Origin: Thalia democratica
Lineage: Eukaryota
Direction of reading: 5' to 3'
Assembly: GCA_965202585.1 (NCBI GenBank)
Contig: OZ241831.1
Span: 10,168,001 to 10,232,000, forward strand
DNA: 64,000 bases
In this document: positions 62,962 to 64,000 of the stretch, piece after piece
Numbering within the stretch: position 1 is the first letter of the stretch
Layout of the letters: each line of letters starts with the position of its first letter
Program-made: the position numbers and the translations under genes
Notes under the pieces: generated by a model
The model's input: the letters and a program-made list of their open reading frames with translations, nothing else
Database searches by the model: none
Told to the model about the DNA's origin: nothing

Positions 62962-63135
62962 TTTATCCAGCTAGTGTGGTGATTTGTGCCGATCTTCTTC
63001 ACATGATCGATAATGAGGCACAGTTCACTGAAATCAATATATTTATCTCCATCTACGTTCATCAGCTCGATGATATCTTCAACTTGCTCACTTGGAAGAG
63101 TGAAGCCCAACGCGCGCAACGCCATGTACAAGTCG
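62962..63135 (-). CDS. Calmodulin-like EF-hand gene exon; upstream exon(s) not located
   Basis: DLYMALRALGFTLPSEQVEDIIELMNVDGDKYIDFSELCLII matches the calmodulin/centrin helix-loop-helix pattern; GTCAGT donor. Confidence 0.85.
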
Positions 63136-64000
63136 CTGTTTCAATTAAATATTTTTATATTGCTTATTTGATTGTGTAATTATCGGAATGATTTAATTTT
63201 TTATCGATCTGAACGTTTAATTAGATAGTTTATTTTCTGCCATTCTGTCGTATTGTTTGTCTATCAAAAGTTTGATATTGATTTTTTTTTGTTACTTATA
63301 CTAAACTAAACAATTTTTGTAAAGTTTTTTAATTAGAGTTGAAAATTGAAAAAAAAACGAGTTAACAAATTTATTTATTTACTTAATGTACTTAGAAATT
63401 ATCAAATTAGCATCTTAAAGCCATCGTGTTTATATTTTACTTTTTTTTGATTAAAAACTCATTAGTTCATTTAAGATTCATAGATATTTGATTAAAAAAA
63501 TGTTTTGCTCCTGAAATCTAAATAGCAAGCCATCAAACCAAGCGAATTTTGGAATATTCATCTGAACCTACATATTTTAAATTTAGTTTAATGATTACTA
63601 ATCAAGCTTGTTCTGAATTTACAGCAAATGAAAATGGAGCACTTTTTATTTACAGCTCTTAAATGTCATTATATGATAGCTTTAATCAAAACACGTTTAC
63701 TTTTCAATAAACTTTGATAAGAAAATACTAACAAAATTTCAAAATTGGAATGAGTAGGACAAAAAATACAAATTGAATTTAAAACTGTTATTATTTTGTT
63801 TTAGATAATTTATTTGTTTATACTTAAAAACTTTAACTTAATAAGTAACTTATTTTTGTTTAATGCAAAAAAAAATTATAAAAAACTTAAAATTTTAAAA
63901 CGACAATTTTGAAACAGATGTTTATTTTGTAAGTAAACATGTATAAACAAAAAAAATAAACAGTTGTTAAAAAGTATAAAACATTAAAACTTTACTTAAA

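Overview
Very AT-rich, intron-rich eukaryotic DNA, most consistent with an invertebrate animal; the species cannot be determined from the sequence. I see no rRNA, tRNA or CRISPR array. Four host genes can be assembled by hand from splice signals and phase-compatible exons. (1) A + strand gene (exons about 188-10086) with a helical N-terminal part and a very large disordered terminal exon. (2) A single-exon type I membrane C-type lectin on the - strand (27232-27921). (3) A 9-exon + strand membrane-anchored Ser/Thr kinase (47067-53953) with eIF2-alpha-kinase-like features and an HCD catalytic loop. (4) A - strand calmodulin-like EF-hand gene (61474-63135, 5' end not found). The rest is mostly transposon-derived: a near full-length but decayed Penelope-like element (RT + GIY-YIG) with two pseudo-LTRs, CR1/L2-type LINE remnants, a 3 x 1111-bp tandem duplication, CAGGG-ended MITEs with 6-bp TSDs, Tc1/pogo-type MITEs, a foldback-like MITE, a hAT transposase remnant and a 1.4-1.6 kb inverted repeat pair. 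The most notable signal is seven minimal type I hammerhead ribozyme motifs of three sequence types. Two sit in the PLE pseudo-LTRs, two form a rearranged inverted pair, one is solitary, and two form an atypical U.U-variant inverted pair nested inside a DNA-transposon MITE. All gene models, alignments and folds were done by eye and need computational confirmation.
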